A stretch of DNA of 64,000 nucleotides from Akkermansia muciniphila (GCA_945893185.1 CAMDDW010000001.1:82504-146503), one strand, 5' to 3'; positions 28,669 through 38,511 are shown, numbered from the stretch's first letter. A program made the numbers and translations. The notes: generated from the letters alone by a model not told the origin.

Positions 28669-29676
28669 TCAGCGAAACGGGCCGCGACCCGGATAGCCTG
28701 TGGTATTGGTCAGCGGTTGCACGCGACGGGGTTTCCAGAAAAGACCGTTGTTGGCGAGGTTGCTCGACACGGTATTGAGGTTGATCAGCGTGGCCCCCAA
28801 TTCGGACTGGAGCTTGGGGTCCTTGAGCAAAGCCCCGACGGCTCCACGCCCCGCCTGAAGGTCCTGCGTCAAGTCGCGCACCGCCAAAGAGGCATCTCGA
28901 AATCCGCCCAATGCTTCGCGCAACGTGGTCTCATTGGTGGCAACCAAAGTGTCAGCACGCACCAATAGCGAGTCGGCCCGGGCCGCCAGGGCTCCAACTT
29001 GCCCTGCCAGCGGAGTCAGGGTCGCCGAGAATGCCTGAAGATTGCTCACCGTCGCCGCAAGGGCGGGTTTCTCGGAGGAAACCAGCAACTCCACCTCGCC
29101 CAGCGTGCGATCCAACCGCTCGGAAGTCCGCCGCAGGTTGGCTAGCGTGTTGGTCACGTCTTTGAGGGTCGACGCCGAGAGAATCATGCGATCCACCCGC
29201 TCGACCACTTGGTCCAGTCGAGTCATGAGCCCCACGGCACTGCGGGCCGCCTCCTGCAAATTGAAGGGATCCACGGCGGTCACGACGGCCCCGTCCTGAA
29301 GCGCCGGAGCCGCATTTTTCGTGGGAATGATCGCAACAAACTGATCACCCAGGAACCCGCTCTGCTCAATCTCGAAGCGGGCGTCACCAAAGATGGTCAC
29401 TGGTTTTTCGATGCGGCACTGGATGGACACCCTCCGGCCGTCGGCAGAAAGCGATATGTCCTCGACGGAGCCAACGCGGACACCGGACATGTTGACCGGT
29501 GCGCCCGCGACCAACCCACCGACATTGCCGGCGGAAATCATGATCGTTCGGCCGGAACGCCAAAAGGAGGCTCCCTTGCTGAAGTGGATAAGCAATGCGG
29601 CGATCAGCACGAGTCCGATCAGGACAAAGAAGCCGACCTGTGCTGCGGGGGATTTTCGTTCCATGAACTCACTCAT
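28669..29676 (-). CDS. mlaD: MlaD-like MCE-domain protein
   Basis: Single N-terminal TM helix, an MCE domain (GAPVNMSGVRVGSVEDI), then a long helical tail. Overlaps the mlaF stop by 4 nt. Confidence 0.8.
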   Translation of the reverse strand: MSEFMERKSPAAQVGFFVLIGLVLIAALLIHFSKGASFWRSGRTIMISAGNVGGLVAGAPVNMSGVRVGSVEDISLSADGRRVSIQCRIEKPVTIFGDARFEIEQSGFLGDQFVAIIPTKNAAPALQDGAVVTAVDPFNLQEAARSAVGLMTRLDQVVERVDRMILSASTLKDVTNTLANLRRTSERLDRTLGEVELLVSSEKPALAATVSNLQAFSATLTPLAGQVGALAARADSLLVRADTLVATNETTLREALGGFRDASLAVRDLTQDLQAGRGAVGALLKDPKLQSELGATLINLNTVSSNLANNGLFWKPRRVQPLTNTTGYPGRGPFR

Positions 29677-30416
29677 TCAGATTTTTGTGGCGTCGAGATG
29701 CCGTTGACGAATCGATAAATCACTGGATCCGTCGATTCCAAGATTTGCGAAGTCGGTCCCTCGGAATAGATCCGCCCCTCATGGAGCATGAGGATCCTAT
29801 TGCTAATCGTGCGGGCGCTCTTCATGTCATGGGTCACAGCGATGCTGGTGACGTGAAGGGTTTCCCAAACCCGGCGGATGAGTCGATCAATGTTGTCGGC
29901 GGCGATCGGGTCTAAGCCGGTGGTGGGTTCGTCGTAGAGCACGATTTCCGGCCGGTAAACGATCGCCCGGGCCAAACCAACCCGCTTGCGCATGCCGCCG
30001 GAGAGTTCGCTGGGCATCTTGTTACCAATCCCCGGCAATTCCACCATGTCTAGGGCCTCATCGATTCGGCGACGGATCTCGGTCTCCGACTCCAGACCCT
30101 GCCGGCGAAGCACAAACCCCACGTTCTCTTCGACGGTCAGCGAATCGAAGAGGGCCGCCATCTGGAAGAGCATCCCGTATTTCCGTCGCACCCGAAGGAG
30201 GCTGCGTTCGTTCATCGTCGTGATGTCCTCACCATCCACCCGAATGGTTCCGGAATCTGGCTGGAGCAATCCAATGAGGTGCTTGAGCAAGATACTCTTG
30301 CCGCCACCGCTACGGCCGATAATGACGACCGCCTCACCGCGTTGGATGTCCAAGGACACCCCTTGGAGAACCGTTTGGTTCCCGAATTTCTTGGTGACGT
30401 CTCGAACCTCGATCAT
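29673..30416 (-). CDS. mlaF: MlaF-like ABC transporter ATP-binding protein
   Basis: Walker A GRSGGGKS, signature LSGGMRKR, Walker B VLYDEPT. Confidence 0.85.
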   Translation of the reverse strand: MIEVRDVTKKFGNQTVLQGVSLDIQRGEAVVIIGRSGGGKSILLKHLIGLLQPDSGTIRVDGEDITTMNERSLLRVRRKYGMLFQMAALFDSLTVEENVGFVLRRQGLESETEIRRRIDEALDMVELPGIGNKMPSELSGGMRKRVGLARAIVYRPEIVLYDEPTTGLDPIAADNIDRLIRRVWETLHVTSIAVTHDMKSARTISNRILMLHEGRIYSEGPTSQILESTDPVIYRFVNGISTPQKSE

Positions 30417-30425
30417 GGATTCAAG

Positions 30426-31205
30426 TTAGGAGTAGAACACGCGCGACAGGAACAGCGTGAGGAAGAAGTTAACGATCAGGATGCTAATGCTCGCGGCCAC
30501 CACCGCCTCGGTCGTGGCCTTTCCGACCCCTTCGGCTCCTCCTTGGCAAGTCAGTCCCTTGTGGCAACTGACCACCGCGATAATGGCGCCGAAAACAAAG
30601 GATTTGATCAAACCTGTCAGCACGTCCGGGGGATCGGTGTACCGGGTCATGTTCACCAAGTAGTACGCACTGTCGATGCCGAGCAAATTCACCCCCACCC
30701 ACCAACTGGAGACGATGCCCACCACCACAGACTCTGCGGTCAGCAACGGGGCCGAGGCCAGAAGCGCCAAGAAGCGCGGCATCACCAGCGTGTCTACCGG
30801 GTGCGCTGCGAGAGTCCGGAGGGCGTCGATCTGCTCAGTCACCTTCATAGTGCCCAACTCGGCGGTCATGGAGGCTCCCACCCGACCGGTGAGCATTAAG
30901 GCGGCGAGCACCGGCCCCAACTCGCTGCTCATGCCAATGCTGACCACCGCGCCCGTCGCAGTGTCCATCTTCACCTTGTGGAACTGCAGGAATGTCTGGG
31001 CGCAAAGCACCATTCCCGTGGCCGCTCCCGTGGTAATCACCACACTCTGGCTCTTCACCCCGATGAAATGGAGTTGGTAGAGAAAATCCTTCCAAGACGG
31101 CCGCTGATGATGAAAAGAGGCGATGGACTCCATCAGCAATTGGGACACCTCTCCAAGCTGGGTGATGAAGGAGCGGAACCGTTGATGGATGAGGTGTGCC
31201 GGCAC
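30426..31205 (-). CDS. mlaE: MlaE-like ABC transporter permease
   Basis: 259-aa polytopic protein. The segment ELGPVLAALMLTGRVGASMTAELGTMKVTEQIDAL is typical of MlaE/TIGR00056. First gene of the mlaEFD cluster. GTG start. Confidence 0.8.
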   Translation of the reverse strand: MPAHLIHQRFRSFITQLGEVSQLLMESIASFHHQRPSWKDFLYQLHFIGVKSQSVVITTGAATGMVLCAQTFLQFHKVKMDTATGAVVSIGMSSELGPVLAALMLTGRVGASMTAELGTMKVTEQIDALRTLAAHPVDTLVMPRFLALLASAPLLTAESVVVGIVSSWWVGVNLLGIDSAYYLVNMTRYTDPPDVLTGLIKSFVFGAIIAVVSCHKGLTCQGGAEGVGKATTEAVVAASISILIVNFFLTLFLSRVFYS

Positions 31206-31335
31206 GTAGGATTCCTGTGACTGTGAAAGTATCTCGCTGGCCTCCTCATTGCCAGCCCTCCCAGCGAAAACTCACCGGGAGGGGCACTGTGGACCCTCAA
31301 GAAGTAGTTGGAGATTCCCCTCCTGACTCGGTCGC

Positions 31336-33861
31336 CTAAGAACTCAACGCCCCCTCGGGCGCCTCGCTTCGCTGTTTAAAGATCAGCTTCTCCGTGTCGG
31401 CGGTCACCGTGACGGGCTGCCCATCCATCAATGTCCCACGCAGGATTTCATCGGCGAGAGGATCCTCAAGATGCTTCTCGATGGCGCGACGCATTGGGCG
31501 AGCGCCGTACTGCGGATCAAAGCCCTTCTCGATGAGGAATTCCCGAGCCTTGTCGTCGAGAATGACCGTAACGTTCTTGCGACGGATCCGCTCCAACACC
31601 TTGGTGATCTCCAGATCGAGAATGATGTTGAGCTCGGGCTTGCCCAAGGAGCGGAAGACCACGATGTCATCCAAACGGTTGAGAAACTCAGGCCGGAAGA
31701 ACTTCTTGGCCTCGTCCAACACCCGAACCCGCATGGTCTCATAGCTCGCATCGTCGCTGGACTTCGAAAAGCCCATGCTGCCCTGCTTGCGCAACGCCTC
31801 GGATCCCACGTTTGAGGTCAGCAGGACGATCGTGTTGCGGAAATCGACCACGCGCCCCAGGGAGTCGGTCAGTTTGCCCTCTTCCAGAATTTGCAGGAGC
31901 ATGTTGGTCACGTCCGGATGGGCCTTTTCGATTTCATCGAACAAGACCACCGAATAGGGCTGACGGCGCACCTTCTCGGTCAGCTGGCCGCCTTCTTCAT
32001 AACCCACATAGCCTGGCGGCGAACCAATAAGACGGCTCACGGTGAACTTCTCCATGTACTCAGACATGTCGAGTTGGATGAGGGCCTGATTGCTGCCGAA
32101 CATCTGCTCGGCCAACGTGCGAGCCAACAGTGTCTTTCCGACGCCGGTCGGGCCCAGCAGAGCGAAGCAGCCGATCGGGCGCTTAGGATCCTTAAGGTCG
32201 GTTCGGGCGCGACGCAGTGCCTTGGCCAGCGCTGCAACAGCATCTTTCTGACCGACGACCAATTTGGCCAACTCGTCCTCAATGGCCAAGAGCTTCTGCA
32301 TGTCGGATTGGCCCATCCGCTTGAGGGGAATGCCCGTCCACTTAGCCACCACTTGAAGGATGTCATCTTCGGTGACCACCACCCGTTTTTCGTCCTTGGC
32401 AGTCTTCCAGTCGGCCAGCGTCTTCTCGAGGCGTTCCTTGGCCGATTTCTCATGATCACGCAACTGGGCCGCTCCCTCGAAGTCTTGATCCTTGATGGCC
32501 TGTTCTTTCTTCTGCCGCAGCGACTCGATCTCAGCCTCGATCTCCTTGATATTGGGCGGCCGCTGCATTGCTCCGATTCGTGCCTTGGAGCCGGCCTCAT
32601 CGAGCACGTCGATGGCCTTATCCGGCAGGAATCGAGCCGTGATGTAACGGTCGGAAAGCTTCACGCATGCTTCCACGGCATCGGAGGTGAACTCGGCCTT
32701 GTGGTGGTCTTCGTACTTGGACTTGAGACCGGTCAGGATGGCAATTGCGTCTTCGACCGACGGCTGTTCCACCTTGACCGTTTGGAAACGGCGCTCGAGA
32801 GCGGAGTCCTTTTCGATGTACTTGCGATACTCCGTCAGCGTCGTGGCACCCACGATTTGCAGCTCTCCGCGGCTGAGAGCCGGCTTGAAAATATTCGAGG
32901 CATCCATGGTTCCCTCGGCCGAACCGGCCCCCACGATGGTGTGCAGCTCATCGATGAACAGGATGACGTTCTTGGCCTTCTTGATCTCGTCCATCACGGC
33001 CTTAATCCGCTCCTCGAATTGGCCTCGGTACTTGGTGCCCGCCACCATCAACGCGAGATCCAAAGTGATCACCCGCTTGGCGGCCAACAACTCGGGCACA
33101 TTGCCCTTGGCAATTTCTTGGGCCAACCCCTCCACGATGGCTGTTTTACCCACGCCGGCCTCACCCAGTAGCACCGGGTTGTTCTTGGTGCGGCGACAGA
33201 GGATCTGGATGACCCGCTCGATCTCGTTGCTGCGGCCAATCACCGGATCCATATCGCCCTTCTTGGCGATCTCGGTCAGGTCGCGACCAAAGGCCTTGAG
33301 GGCGGGTGTTTTCTGATCCTTGTTCTTGTCGCCGCGGGTCGGACTCTTACCAGCCTCAACGGTTTCGGGAGAGGACTCCTTTTCGCCACCTTCTTCGTCG
33401 CCAGCCTGGAACTGAGGGTCCAGCTCCTTAAGAATTTCTTGGCGGCATTGCTCGATGTCGACCTCTAGGTTCCGCAACACCTTAGCCGCCACGCCATCAC
33501 CCTCACGCAGGAGACCCAGCAAGATGTGCTCGGTGCCCACATAGGTATGGTTCAATGCTTTGGCTTCTTTGGCAGCCAGAGCCAAGACCTTCTTCACCCG
33601 CGGCGTATAAGGAATGTTGCCGCCCGACTTGGCCTCCCCGCCGCCCCGGACTTCCTTCTCCACCTCTTGGCGAACCGTATCAAGATCCAGCCCCATCTTT
33701 TGAAGAACATTAACCGCAACACCTTGCCCCAGCTTGATTAGCCCAAGTAGCAGATGTTCGGTGCCAACGAAGTTGTGGTTGAAGCGATCGGCCTCCTTGC
33801 GCGCCAGGGCGAGAACCTGCTGGGCGCGAGGGGTAAAGTTGTTGAGGGATTCTTCGCTCAT
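31336..33861 (-). CDS. clpC: ATP-dependent Clp protease ATP-binding subunit ClpC
   Basis: Two Clp_N repeats ([12 protein letters not shown]..., [12 protein letters not shown]...). Two AAA+ modules ([16 protein letters not shown]). UVR-like linker ([14 protein letters not shown]). A ClpP-docking MGF tripeptide is present. Confidence 0.85.
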   Translation of the reverse strand: MSEESLNNFTPRAQQVLALARKEADRFNHNFVGTEHLLLGLIKLGQGVAVNVLQKMGLDLDTVRQEVEKEVRGGGEAKSGGNIPYTPRVKKVLALAAKEAKALNHTYVGTEHILLGLLREGDGVAAKVLRNLEVDIEQCRQEILKELDPQFQAGDEEGGEKESSPETVEAGKSPTRGDKNKDQKTPALKAFGRDLTEIAKKGDMDPVIGRSNEIERVIQILCRRTKNNPVLLGEAGVGKTAIVEGLAQEIAKGNVPELLAAKRVITLDLALMVAGTKYRGQFEERIKAVMDEIKKAKNVILFIDELHTIVGAGSAEGTMDASNIFKPALSRGELQIVGATTLTEYRKYIEKDSALERRFQTVKVEQPSVEDAIAILTGLKSKYEDHHKAEFTSDAVEACVKLSDRYITARFLPDKAIDVLDEAGSKARIGAMQRPPNIKEIEAEIESLRQKKEQAIKDQDFEGAAQLRDHEKSAKERLEKTLADWKTAKDEKRVVVTEDDILQVVAKWTGIPLKRMGQSDMQKLLAIEDELAKLVVGQKDAVAALAKALRRARTDLKDPKRPIGCFALLGPTGVGKTLLARTLAEQMFGSNQALIQLDMSEYMEKFTVSRLIGSPPGYVGYEEGGQLTEKVRRQPYSVVLFDEIEKAHPDVTNMLLQILEEGKLTDSLGRVVDFRNTIVLLTSNVGSEALRKQGSMGFSKSSDDASYETMRVRVLDEAKKFFRPEFLNRLDDIVVFRSLGKPELNIILDLEITKVLERIRRKNVTVILDDKAREFLIEKGFDPQYGARPMRRAIEKHLEDPLADEILRGTLMDGQPVTVTADTEKLIFKQRSEAPEGALSS

Positions 33862-33980
33862 GGTCTCAAAAGTGCCGGCGCAGCTTTGCGCCCGACACCG
33901 CTAATCTGGTCACCGAAGCCACGTACGTCAAAAGTTCTTCAGGATACGCCCGATTTTCACAGCCTTTCCAAAACCTCTCG

Positions 33981-34145
33981 GCCGGAACGATTCAGTTGGG
34001 AGGAAAGGGATGGCGTGGCGGATTCTTTCGCAAGACGAGGCGAGAGCGAGGCGCGGGCCGATTGTAGGCCCGTAACGAGCGAACAACGAAGCTCTTGCGG
34101 AAGAAGACGCAGCCAGCACGACCGATCCAATTGAATCGTTCCGGC
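33981..34145 (+). repeat. Dispersed intergenic element, copy 1 (165 nt), with 19-nt inverted termini
   Basis: GCCGGAACGATTCAGTTGG (33981..33999) pairs with CCAATTGAATCGTTCCGGC (34127..34145), complementary at 18 of 19 positions. The internal core CCGTAACGAGCGAACAACGAAGCTCTTGCGGAAGAAGA...CCGATCC is shared with the other copies. Confidence 0.8.
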
Positions 34146-34176
34146 TTGGCCGGGAAATTTTTCGACCCACTCAGGC

Positions 34177-35127
34177 TCAGGCTCGGGGATGGGCCGCGGC
34201 ATAGACGGCTTTCAAACGTTCCACGGTGACATGGGTATAGACCTCGGTCGTCTTGAGGTTTTTATGTCCCAGCAACTCTTGGACAGCCCGCAGGTCAGCC
34301 CCGTCTTCCAAGAGGTGCGTCGCGAAACTGTGACGCAGTTTGTGGGGAGTCAGCGCGGGGTCCAACCCGGCCTGGGCCAAATACCGCTTCAGGCGGCTCT
34401 GGACTCGGATGTGGCTCAACGGAACCCCGCCGCGCCCCTGAAACACGGGATCTGAGGGCTTTTGCTGGGGATTGATCCATCGCCAATAGGCCTCTAACGC
34501 GGCCAGCGCCGGACCGCCGAAGGGAATCACCCGTTCCTTGCGCCCCTTGCCGAGGACATGGAGCGTCTGGCCGTCGAGGTCCACTTGATCGACCCGCAAC
34601 CCGCAAACTTCGCTGACCCGCAGGCCCGCCGAATAAATTAATTCAAGGACCGCCGCATCCCTCAACCACTCCGTCGGATCGGGAACTGACCCCGCCTCGG
34701 CCGCGGATTGCAGGCGGCGGAGTTCCTCTAAAGGAGCCTGCAATAACCGCTCCATGTCGGGCACCGACAGAAATCGAGGCAATCGACGTTCCTCCTTCGG
34801 CACGCGGAGACCCCGAACTGGTTGCTCAGTGACCACCTTCTGCCGCAACAAGTACCGGTAGAAGGTGCGCAGCGCACTCAACCGAAGGCGCACCGACGCT
34901 CGACCCATTTGTTTTCGGCCCAACCACCGCAGGTATTGGCGGAAATGATCCCGTGTCAGTCGCGGCCAGTCTGGAGTCGCCCCGCCGGCGATACCTCGAT
35001 GCCACTGGCTGAGTTCCTCCAACGTCTGTCGGTAATTACGAACCGTGTAGTCAGAGGCGACCCGCACCGCCCCCAAATCGGCCAGAAAGCCCAATGCCAA
35101 GGGATCCAATGGAAAGGTCTCCGCCAC
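34177..35127 (-). CDS. XerC/XerD-type tyrosine site-specific recombinase
   Basis: The catalytic set is visible: AGLRVSE (Arg), HKLRHSFATHLL (His-x-x-Arg), LGHKNLKTTEVYTHV (His/Tyr). The N-terminal SAM-like core-binding domain is present. GTG start. I cannot tell XerC from XerD by eye. Confidence 0.85.
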   Translation of the reverse strand: MAETFPLDPLALGFLADLGAVRVASDYTVRNYRQTLEELSQWHRGIAGGATPDWPRLTRDHFRQYLRWLGRKQMGRASVRLRLSALRTFYRYLLRQKVVTEQPVRGLRVPKEERRLPRFLSVPDMERLLQAPLEELRRLQSAAEAGSVPDPTEWLRDAAVLELIYSAGLRVSEVCGLRVDQVDLDGQTLHVLGKGRKERVIPFGGPALAALEAYWRWINPQQKPSDPVFQGRGGVPLSHIRVQSRLKRYLAQAGLDPALTPHKLRHSFATHLLEDGADLRAVQELLGHKNLKTTEVYTHVTVERLKAVYAAAHPRA

Positions 35128-35225
35128 GCTACGAGGCTAGGTTCATTTCCCAGATTTCGAAACGCCAAAAAGACACGCACGTAGGCCCGGTCCCCTCACC
35201 TGGCGTCTGCAGGAAACAGGGTAAC

Positions 35226-35415
35226 GGAACAATTTCCGAATTGGGTTCAGCGGCGCTTTCGCCACCGATGACCGATGCTCCGACAAGGGGGACGCCGGGT
35301 CGGGGGACCCAGCCTACAGGGTGACCGCGTAGGTTGGGCGGTACGCACGCAGGTTCGGTTCCATGACTAGGAACGGGAAAGGGTCAGGGAACGATTTTAG
35401 AATTTGATTTAGCGG
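35226..35415 (+). repeat. 28-nt imperfect direct repeat pair, 162 bp apart, upstream of the xer gene
   Basis: GGAACAATTTCCGAATTGGGTTCAGCGG (35226..35253) and GGAACGATTTTAGAATTTGATTTAGCGG (35388..35415) share 22 of 28 positions. Both begin like the GGAACGATT terminus of the dispersed element. Confidence 0.45.
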
Positions 35416-35510
35416 TGTTTTTGTCATCAACGCCTACTGCTCCGGTAGGTCCTCATCGAGGTTGAAGAGGGCCTGATCGCGGAGCCTCAAAAAAAACAAC
35501 TCCCTATTCA

Positions 35511-36398
35511 TCACGAATAGCGCGCCAATCCGACCACGCCCGCCACCGCGAGCACACCTCCAATGAGGGATCGTCGGGTGGGCCGCTCTTGTTCCAACCA
35601 ATAGGCCAGCGGAATGACGGCCAGCGGCACCATGGCAACCACCGGCAGCACCTGGGAAACCGGGTGCCGGGCCAACGCCCACTGGTAGCACGCCACCCCC
35701 AACGTCGGACCGGCCAAGGCGTTGGCCAGAAGCCATCCGCGCCCCTTTAAGAGTGCCGGGCGCAAGGGAACCGGACCAGACCGGAGACGGGCCGCTCCGT
35801 ACCAGAGTCCACCCACCACCAAACCGGCCAAGGCCCGCTGGAGGGTCACCGTCATGGGGTGCGCTTGCTCTCCAGCCAGCCTCGCCAATTCGAACCCCTG
35901 TCGGCTCAGGACCGCCCCACCCGATTGTCCGAGTGCAGCCAGCAGTCCAAACCACACACCGGATTTCCACTCCACGCCCGCCCAGGCAGTGCCGCGCTGT
36001 GGCGCCAATGCCAAGAACACGCCCGATAAGATCGTGCAACCCGCCACGAGTTGCACACCGGTTGGCACCTGCCCGCGCCAGGCCCATTCCAGAAGCGCCC
36101 CGATCGGAGCCGCGAGGCATTGGGTCATGAGGGAGGTCAGCCGAGACCCCAACCGGGGCAATGCCAGAAAAACCCCGGCATCCCCGAGGCCATAGCCCAC
36201 CACGCCACTCCACAAAAACCAGGACAGGGACGGACCGGAGAATCCGGAGCCCATTATGAGGACAAATGCCACCAACAGCAGGACGGCGAGGATTTGCCGG
36301 AAGAAATTCGCCGTTGCGGGTCCGAAGATGCCCACCGATCGACGGGCGCTCACCGATGAAACGGCGAAAAGCACCATGGCCAAGAGGGAAGGAATCAT
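35511..36398 (-). CDS. EamA/DMT-family transporter
   Basis: About ten hydrophobic helices in two repeats. The track start (GTG 36458) lies inside a 12-nt tandem repeat, so I prefer ATG 36398 (MIPSLLAMVLFAVSS). Confidence 0.7.
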   Translation of the reverse strand: MIPSLLAMVLFAVSSVSARRSVGIFGPATANFFRQILAVLLLVAFVLIMGSGFSGPSLSWFLWSGVVGYGLGDAGVFLALPRLGSRLTSLMTQCLAAPIGALLEWAWRGQVPTGVQLVAGCTILSGVFLALAPQRGTAWAGVEWKSGVWFGLLAALGQSGGAVLSRQGFELARLAGEQAHPMTVTLQRALAGLVVGGLWYGAARLRSGPVPLRPALLKGRGWLLANALAGPTLGVACYQWALARHPVSQVLPVVAMVPLAVIPLAYWLEQERPTRRSLIGGVLAVAGVVGLARYS

Positions 36399-36420
36399 TT
36401 CACAGAAGGAGGGTTCCAAG

Positions 36421-36468
36421 ACCGAACCAAACACCGGACCGAAGACCGGACCGAACACCGGCCCCTAA
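36421..36468. repeat. About 4 x 12-nt imperfect tandem repeat
   Basis: ACCGAACCAAAC / ACCGGACCGAAG / ACCGGACCGAAC / ACCGGCCCCTAA, located between the rpe stop and the EamA start. Confidence 0.6.
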
Positions 36469-36512
36469 GACCGAGCCCAAACCCCGGCCAAGAACTCGGA
36501 CCGTCCACCGAT

Positions 36513-37184
36513 TCAGAGCAATTCTTGGGCGGCCGGAATCAACCGCTCCCGCAAGCGCTGAACCGCTTGACCCATATTGCGTTTGCCGAAGAGATGCGTG
36601 CCGGCCACGAAGACATTGGCACCCGCTCGGGCACATTCACGGCCGGTGATGTCGTTAATGCCACCATCGACTTGAATGCGGAACTTGAGGCCCATTTCCC
36701 GACGCCAGGCCTCGAGCCGCTGGATTTTGGGGACGCACTCTTCGATGAATGACTGCCCGCCAAATCCGGGATTCACCGTCATCACCAGCACCAGGTCCAC
36801 CTGGACCAAGTAGGGCTTCACCGCATCAATGTTCGTCGGCGGATTGACGGCCAACCCCACCTGCTTGCCCATCGAACGAATGCGCCACAGGAGCGGATTG
36901 ACCAAGTCGCCCAACTCCACGTGGATGGTCATGGAATCGGCCCCGGCCTTCACAAAAGGCTCGAGCAAGATCTCCGGCTTCGAGCACATCAGGTGAACGT
37001 CGAGGTGCCGCCGAAACACCTTGCGGACCGCCTTGGCCACCTCAGGCCCGAAGGAGATGTTCGGAACGAAGTGCCCGTCCATGATGTCCAAATGCAACCA
37101 CTCCGCACTCGAACGTTGGACACGCGCCGCCTCATGGGCGAAGCGACCGAAATCCGAGGCCAATAGAGAGGGGGCGATGATCAT
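36513..37184 (-). CDS. rpe: Ribulose-phosphate 3-epimerase
   Basis: MIIAPSLLASDF, HLDIMDGHFVPN, VMTVNPGFGGQ. Confidence 0.9.
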   Translation of the reverse strand: MIIAPSLLASDFGRFAHEAARVQRSSAEWLHLDIMDGHFVPNISFGPEVAKAVRKVFRRHLDVHLMCSKPEILLEPFVKAGADSMTIHVELGDLVNPLLWRIRSMGKQVGLAVNPPTNIDAVKPYLVQVDLVLVMTVNPGFGGQSFIEECVPKIQRLEAWRREMGLKFRIQVDGGINDITGRECARAGANVFVAGTHLFGKRNMGQAVQRLRERLIPAAQELL

Positions 37185-37265
37185 CGGGAGGGCACGTTGA
37201 AACAGGTCCAGATCGGGAGCAACCCACAGGTCAAAGTGACCCTGGGCCGCTGCCGATCCCGGGGC

Positions 37266-38141
37266 TCAGAGCAGGTTTGCCTCGGTCAAGGTCTTGCGGA
37301 TCAACTCGCGCGTGGCGGTCGACGAGGGCACCAGAGGCAGGCGGACCTCTTCGCCCATCATCCCCTTCAACGCCAACGCGGTCTTGCACGGCGACGGATT
37401 GGTCTCGACGAAAAGGTTCTTGAAGAGTGGGAACAAGCGGGTGTGCAACTTCAGCGCCCCCTTGGCATCCCCGGCCGCAAACGCGCGGACCATCTTGGAC
37501 ACCTCGCGCGGCGCCACATTTGAGGCCACGCTAATGACGCCCTGAGCACCGACGCTCATGAAGGGCAGCGTCAGGGAATCGTCGCCGCTGACGATCTCGA
37601 ACTTCGGTCCGCAGACCGCCCGCAATTGGCTGACGCGGTCGCAAGAACCTCCAGCCTCCTTGATACCGACGATATTCTTAAACTCCGAGGCCAAGCGCTG
37701 GACGGTGTCGACACCGATCTCGATGCCGCAACGACCGGGAATACTGTAAAGCAAAATGGGCAACCGGGTGGACCGGGCGATGGCGGCGAAGTGCTGATAC
37801 ACGCCTTCCTGCGTGGGCTTGTTGTAGTAAGGGGCCACCTGGAGTGAACCATCCACACCGAGCTTCTCGGCCTCTTGGGTCAAGAAGATAGCCTCTTGAG
37901 TGGAATTGCCACCCGTGCCGGCCAACACCGGCAACTTGCCACCCGAAAACTTCACGGCCAACTCGATCACTTTCAGGTGTTCGTCATAATCCAGTGTCGG
38001 AGACTCACCGGTGGTTCCCATGGGAACGATCCCATCCACCCCGCCCTTGATTTGGGAGCGGACCAATTTCTCAAAGGCCGCTTCGTCCAATTCTCCATCG
38101 CGAAACGGGGTGACCAATGCCGTGAAAGTACCAGTAAACAT
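37266..38141 (-). CDS. dapA: 4-hydroxy-tetrahydrodipicolinate synthase
   Basis: ALVTPF, GTTGESPTL, YNKPTQEG, and IVGIKEAGG with the active-site Lys. Confidence 0.9.
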   Translation of the reverse strand: MFTGTFTALVTPFRDGELDEAAFEKLVRSQIKGGVDGIVPMGTTGESPTLDYDEHLKVIELAVKFSGGKLPVLAGTGGNSTQEAIFLTQEAEKLGVDGSLQVAPYYNKPTQEGVYQHFAAIARSTRLPILLYSIPGRCGIEIGVDTVQRLASEFKNIVGIKEAGGSCDRVSQLRAVCGPKFEIVSGDDSLTLPFMSVGAQGVISVASNVAPREVSKMVRAFAAGDAKGALKLHTRLFPLFKNLFVETNPSPCKTALALKGMMGEEVRLPLVPSSTATRELIRKTLTEANLL

Positions 38142-38246
38142 AGCCAGGGCCGCAAAATTGCGCGAGACAGGGCCGTTTTGGAAGGGTGTTTTCGGGCGGA
38201 TGCGATTCCTACCCGAGAAATCTTCAGAAAAATCGATACCGAACAG

Positions 38247-38456
38247 TCAGGTGGCGCGACCCAGAAACCGCTTCTCGAACAGAGCATCCGTCTGCCGAGC
38301 CTTCCGCAAGAGTTTTGGCAGAAGGGATTTCCAATGCGCAGCCAGCCAACGGGGATGCTCCAGGCTTTCCAAGGCGGACTGGCCCGTGGCATCGGCCATT
38401 TTCAAATCGGCAATCAAGGTGGCTTCGTCCTGATTGTTGGCGATTCGAAGCACCAT
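38247..38456 (-). CDS. Small hypothetical protein (weak call)
   Basis: The track ORF 38247..38570 overlaps the RND gene's 3' end. The internal ATG 38456 (MVLRIANNQDEATLIADLK...) fits the 265-nt gap between the RND stop and the dapA start. No motif recognised. Confidence 0.25.
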   Translation of the reverse strand: MVLRIANNQDEATLIADLKMADATGQSALESLEHPRWLAAHWKSLLPKLLRKARQTDALFEKRFLGRAT

Positions 38457-38511
38457 CCACCCGAGAACTTCGTTCTCAATCGTTAGGCCGGATGCGCTTA
38501 AACCGCCGCTC

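Noticed and set aside
31891-33171. Very long ORFs antisense to, or out of frame with, well-supported genes. Examples: 31891..33171(+) vs clpC, 39805..40962(+) vs the RND pump, 47955..48854(+) vs clpB, 2510..3589(-) vs the PSD1-type gene, 6603..7553(+), 43456..44397(+), 24572..25660(+), 35434..36213(-).
   Set aside because: These are typical shadow ORFs of GC-rich DNA. Their translations are Arg/Gly/Pro/His-rich with no motifs, while the opposite or alternate frame carries unmistakable family signatures.
34066-34090. The core of the dispersed element (GGTCCGCAACGAGCCAAC / CCGTAACGAGCGAACAAC) resembles the universally conserved 16S rRNA segment GTCCCGCAACGAGCGCAACCC.
   Set aside because: Similarity is limited to ~16-18 nt. 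The flanks do not match 16S, and there is no rRNA operon context. I treat it as chance or convergent similarity, not an rRNA fragment.
34177-35127. Tyrosine recombinase as the integrase of an integrated mobile element or prophage.
   Set aside because: The sequence and length are those of a housekeeping XerC/D. There is no flanking tRNA, no att-like long direct repeats, no phage or conjugation genes, and neighbouring genes are core metabolism.
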